NCBI RefSeq assembly: GCF_021869535.1 | Contig: NW_026262582.1 | Coordinates: 69,688,001-69,752,000 of the forward strand | Length of the DNA: 64,000 bases | Source of the DNA: Mytilus californianus | Lineage: Eukaryota | Direction of reading: 5' to 3' | Shown here: piece after piece, positions 61,721-64,000 of the stretch | Position numbering within the stretch: the stretch's first letter is position 1 | Layout: every line of letters begins with the position of its first letter | Made by a program: the position numbers and the translations under genes | Notes under the pieces: model-generated | The model's input: the letters and a program-made list of their open reading frames with translations, nothing else | The model's database searches: none | What the model was told of the DNA's origin: nothing

Positions 61721-63170
61721 ATGTTTAGGTAATTTTTATATTCAAAACATGTTACCATGCTCTTCCTCTAGATTTTTATTAATTTTCGTAGGTAACTTTA
61801 GAATCTATTTTCAGAAAGCACAATTGTTTCATGAAAGAGACACGTAGAATTGATCATATTAGCACTCTAAAATCAATAACAAAACTAAGAAAAAGTGTAA
61901 GGTGTCAACATACGTAATTTATAACGCTTTATATAGAAGGAATATAATTCCATAAATCAAGTATTTTTGTTTGACAGGTTAATAAATGTAGGTATGAGCT
62001 CGAAGTTGATGTACTCGTTCAAAGTTATATATAAATAACTGTCATATTCTAGACTTGGTACATGCATTTCCTTATGTAGTAAAAGGTTGGATTAAACCTG
62101 GTTAAATATGTAGAATGTAGTGTATGATAAATGGTAATATGACTGAGTGGTTTAATATAGATTCTGGGTTAAGACAACGTTATTTATTATCATCTATAAT
62201 GTTAAATATACACACATAATTTGATTGATAAATTTAATCTATATAAATGTTTTTAAAATTGGCTATTTGTATTGACAAACAAAAAATAGCAACAATATTG
62301 TGTTTCAAGAATGCTGATTTTGTTATTTAATGGCATAGAAAAAAGAACATTTTTATCGAGTTAAACCATTTCAATTGATATTTTATATTGTGTCTTTTTA
62401 TGTTGTAATGTTACACTACTGTCTCAGGTTAGGGTGAAGGTTTCAAAGTACGGTCTTCAACAAGCTCCGGAGCCTTGGCTCACACCGAACAGCAAGCTAT
62501 AAAAGGCTCCAAAAAATTACTAGTGTAAAACCAATCAAACGGGAAAACCAACGGTCTAATCTATATAAAAAACGAGAAACGAGAAACACTTATGAACCAC
62601 ATCAACAAACGACAACTACTGAACATCAGATTCCAATTTCATCTTTTAATCATTGGTGGTAACCATTGTAATGTTACATAGCATGTGTCAACATATAAAT
62701 ATTTGGTTTACTGTTGACTGAATGCTTAGATTATCACTAAGTCTTACTGTTCTATTTATGTCTTTTTTGGTCATAAAGCACTTCAATTGTTTCGGTTCTT
62801 ATACATACTTGAGGGTATGGATGGGGTTAACAGAATAGAGAATTATGGACAAAAAGTGCAGAAAAAAGGCCAACAAATATAAAGAAGAGAGAAAAATAGA
62901 ACAAAATAATGAAGAATAGAGAATAATGGGGTACTAAGATATAAAGAATAGAGAATAATGGGTAAAAACATAAAGAATAGAAAAAAATTACTCAAAAAAT
63001 TAAAGAATACATAATGCATGACCCTCCATCCAGACCCTCTAACCCGAACAATCCAGTCGTTATATTCCGACTCATTATCGATCGCTACATTAACCTCGAG
63101 AGGACACTTACCGATAGAGGGCGCTGAATCATTCGACCCTCATACTTGGCTTTCAAATATTCGTTTTTGA

Positions 63171-63213
63171 GAGTTCCTGTTGAAGGTAAATCCAGAAAAA
63201 GCGTGTTGGAAGC
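63171..63213 (+). ncRNA. Strongly decayed hammerhead-like motif
   Basis: GAGTTC-CTGTTGA-AGGTAAATCCA-GAAA-AAGCGTG-TT-GGAAGC. It has the same TTTCAAATATT upstream context as the 3520 motif. Confidence 0.4.
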
Positions 63214-64000
63214 ATGCAATTATAAAGTGTTAACTTTTTCCTTTTTTCAATTGGCTTTAGCAGTAACCAATTCAGAAAGTATGGCATTACCATCTATTAG
63301 TTAATTGTGAAGAGTAAAACTCACGGTTTCCAGCACAATCTACAATGAAATGGTAAAAAAAAAAAGAAAAGAGAAAAATAAACAAAAAATAAAGAATAGA
63401 GAATAATAGGTCAAGCTTATAAAGAATAGGGAGAAATTATAGAACCTCTTTATTCTTTGACTTTTAATACCATTTTTGAGGGGCCTGATGGGGGGGGGGG
63501 TCTCATCACCATTCACGAGTCGATTTTTTTATAAATCACGATTCACAGAAGAACGAAAATAACCCATCAGGCCCCTCATTTTTCTCTATTCTTTGTTTAT
63601 TTGAACATTATTCTCTACTGTTTATTTATGTTGACTATTATTCTCTAGTCTTTATTCTTTTTTTACCATTTTACTCTATCATTTTTTTTGCCTATTTTTC
63701 TTAATTCTATATATTTTTGTCCTTTAGTCTGCACTTCTTGTCCATGTTTCTCTATTCTCTAAACCCAATGCAGACCCTCACATATGGGATATAATTTCTG
63801 GATATGTTTTGTAATAAACAACTTCATTTTAAAGACAGATATCCTGGAACTATCGCCTTTACCGATACACCGGTTTCAATATATGGTACCACAACCAGCA
63901 ATATCCGGTGTACGGGGATACACGATGCTAATGGTATGATCAGTTATTAATTATGGCACAATTATTGGGTCTTGTGTCATTTAATTTTCATCTTTGAACT

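Overview
Strongly AT-rich animal genomic DNA with spliceosomal introns. The repeat families, the expanded TRIM-like genes and the opsin point to a bivalve mollusc (Mytilus-like); this is inference, not a database result. Left half (4.7-30.7 kb): a cluster of four TRIM-like genes whose CDSs have no introns. Two RING/B-box2/coiled-coil/NHL-propeller E3-ligase genes in divergent orientation flank a tandem pair of RING-less B-box1/B-box2/coiled-coil/propeller paralogues. One of that pair is split by a net 7-nt deletion right at the propeller boundary, and a 41-nt GT-AG excision would restore its frame. Middle: a decayed MULE (FLYWCH + DDE) transposon, a striking array of alternating palindromes and a 58-bp satellite with hexameric higher-order structure. 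Right half: a complete three-coding-exon, 412-aa opsin (K296, E181). Its middle exon is missing from the ORF track, and it has lost both D2.50 and N7.49. The rest is dense with SINEs, Harbinger/Kolobok-type MITEs, LINE 3' remnants, fold-back hairpins, minisatellites and four decayed Penelope/retrozyme-type hammerhead motifs. No rRNA, true tRNA or CRISPR array was found.
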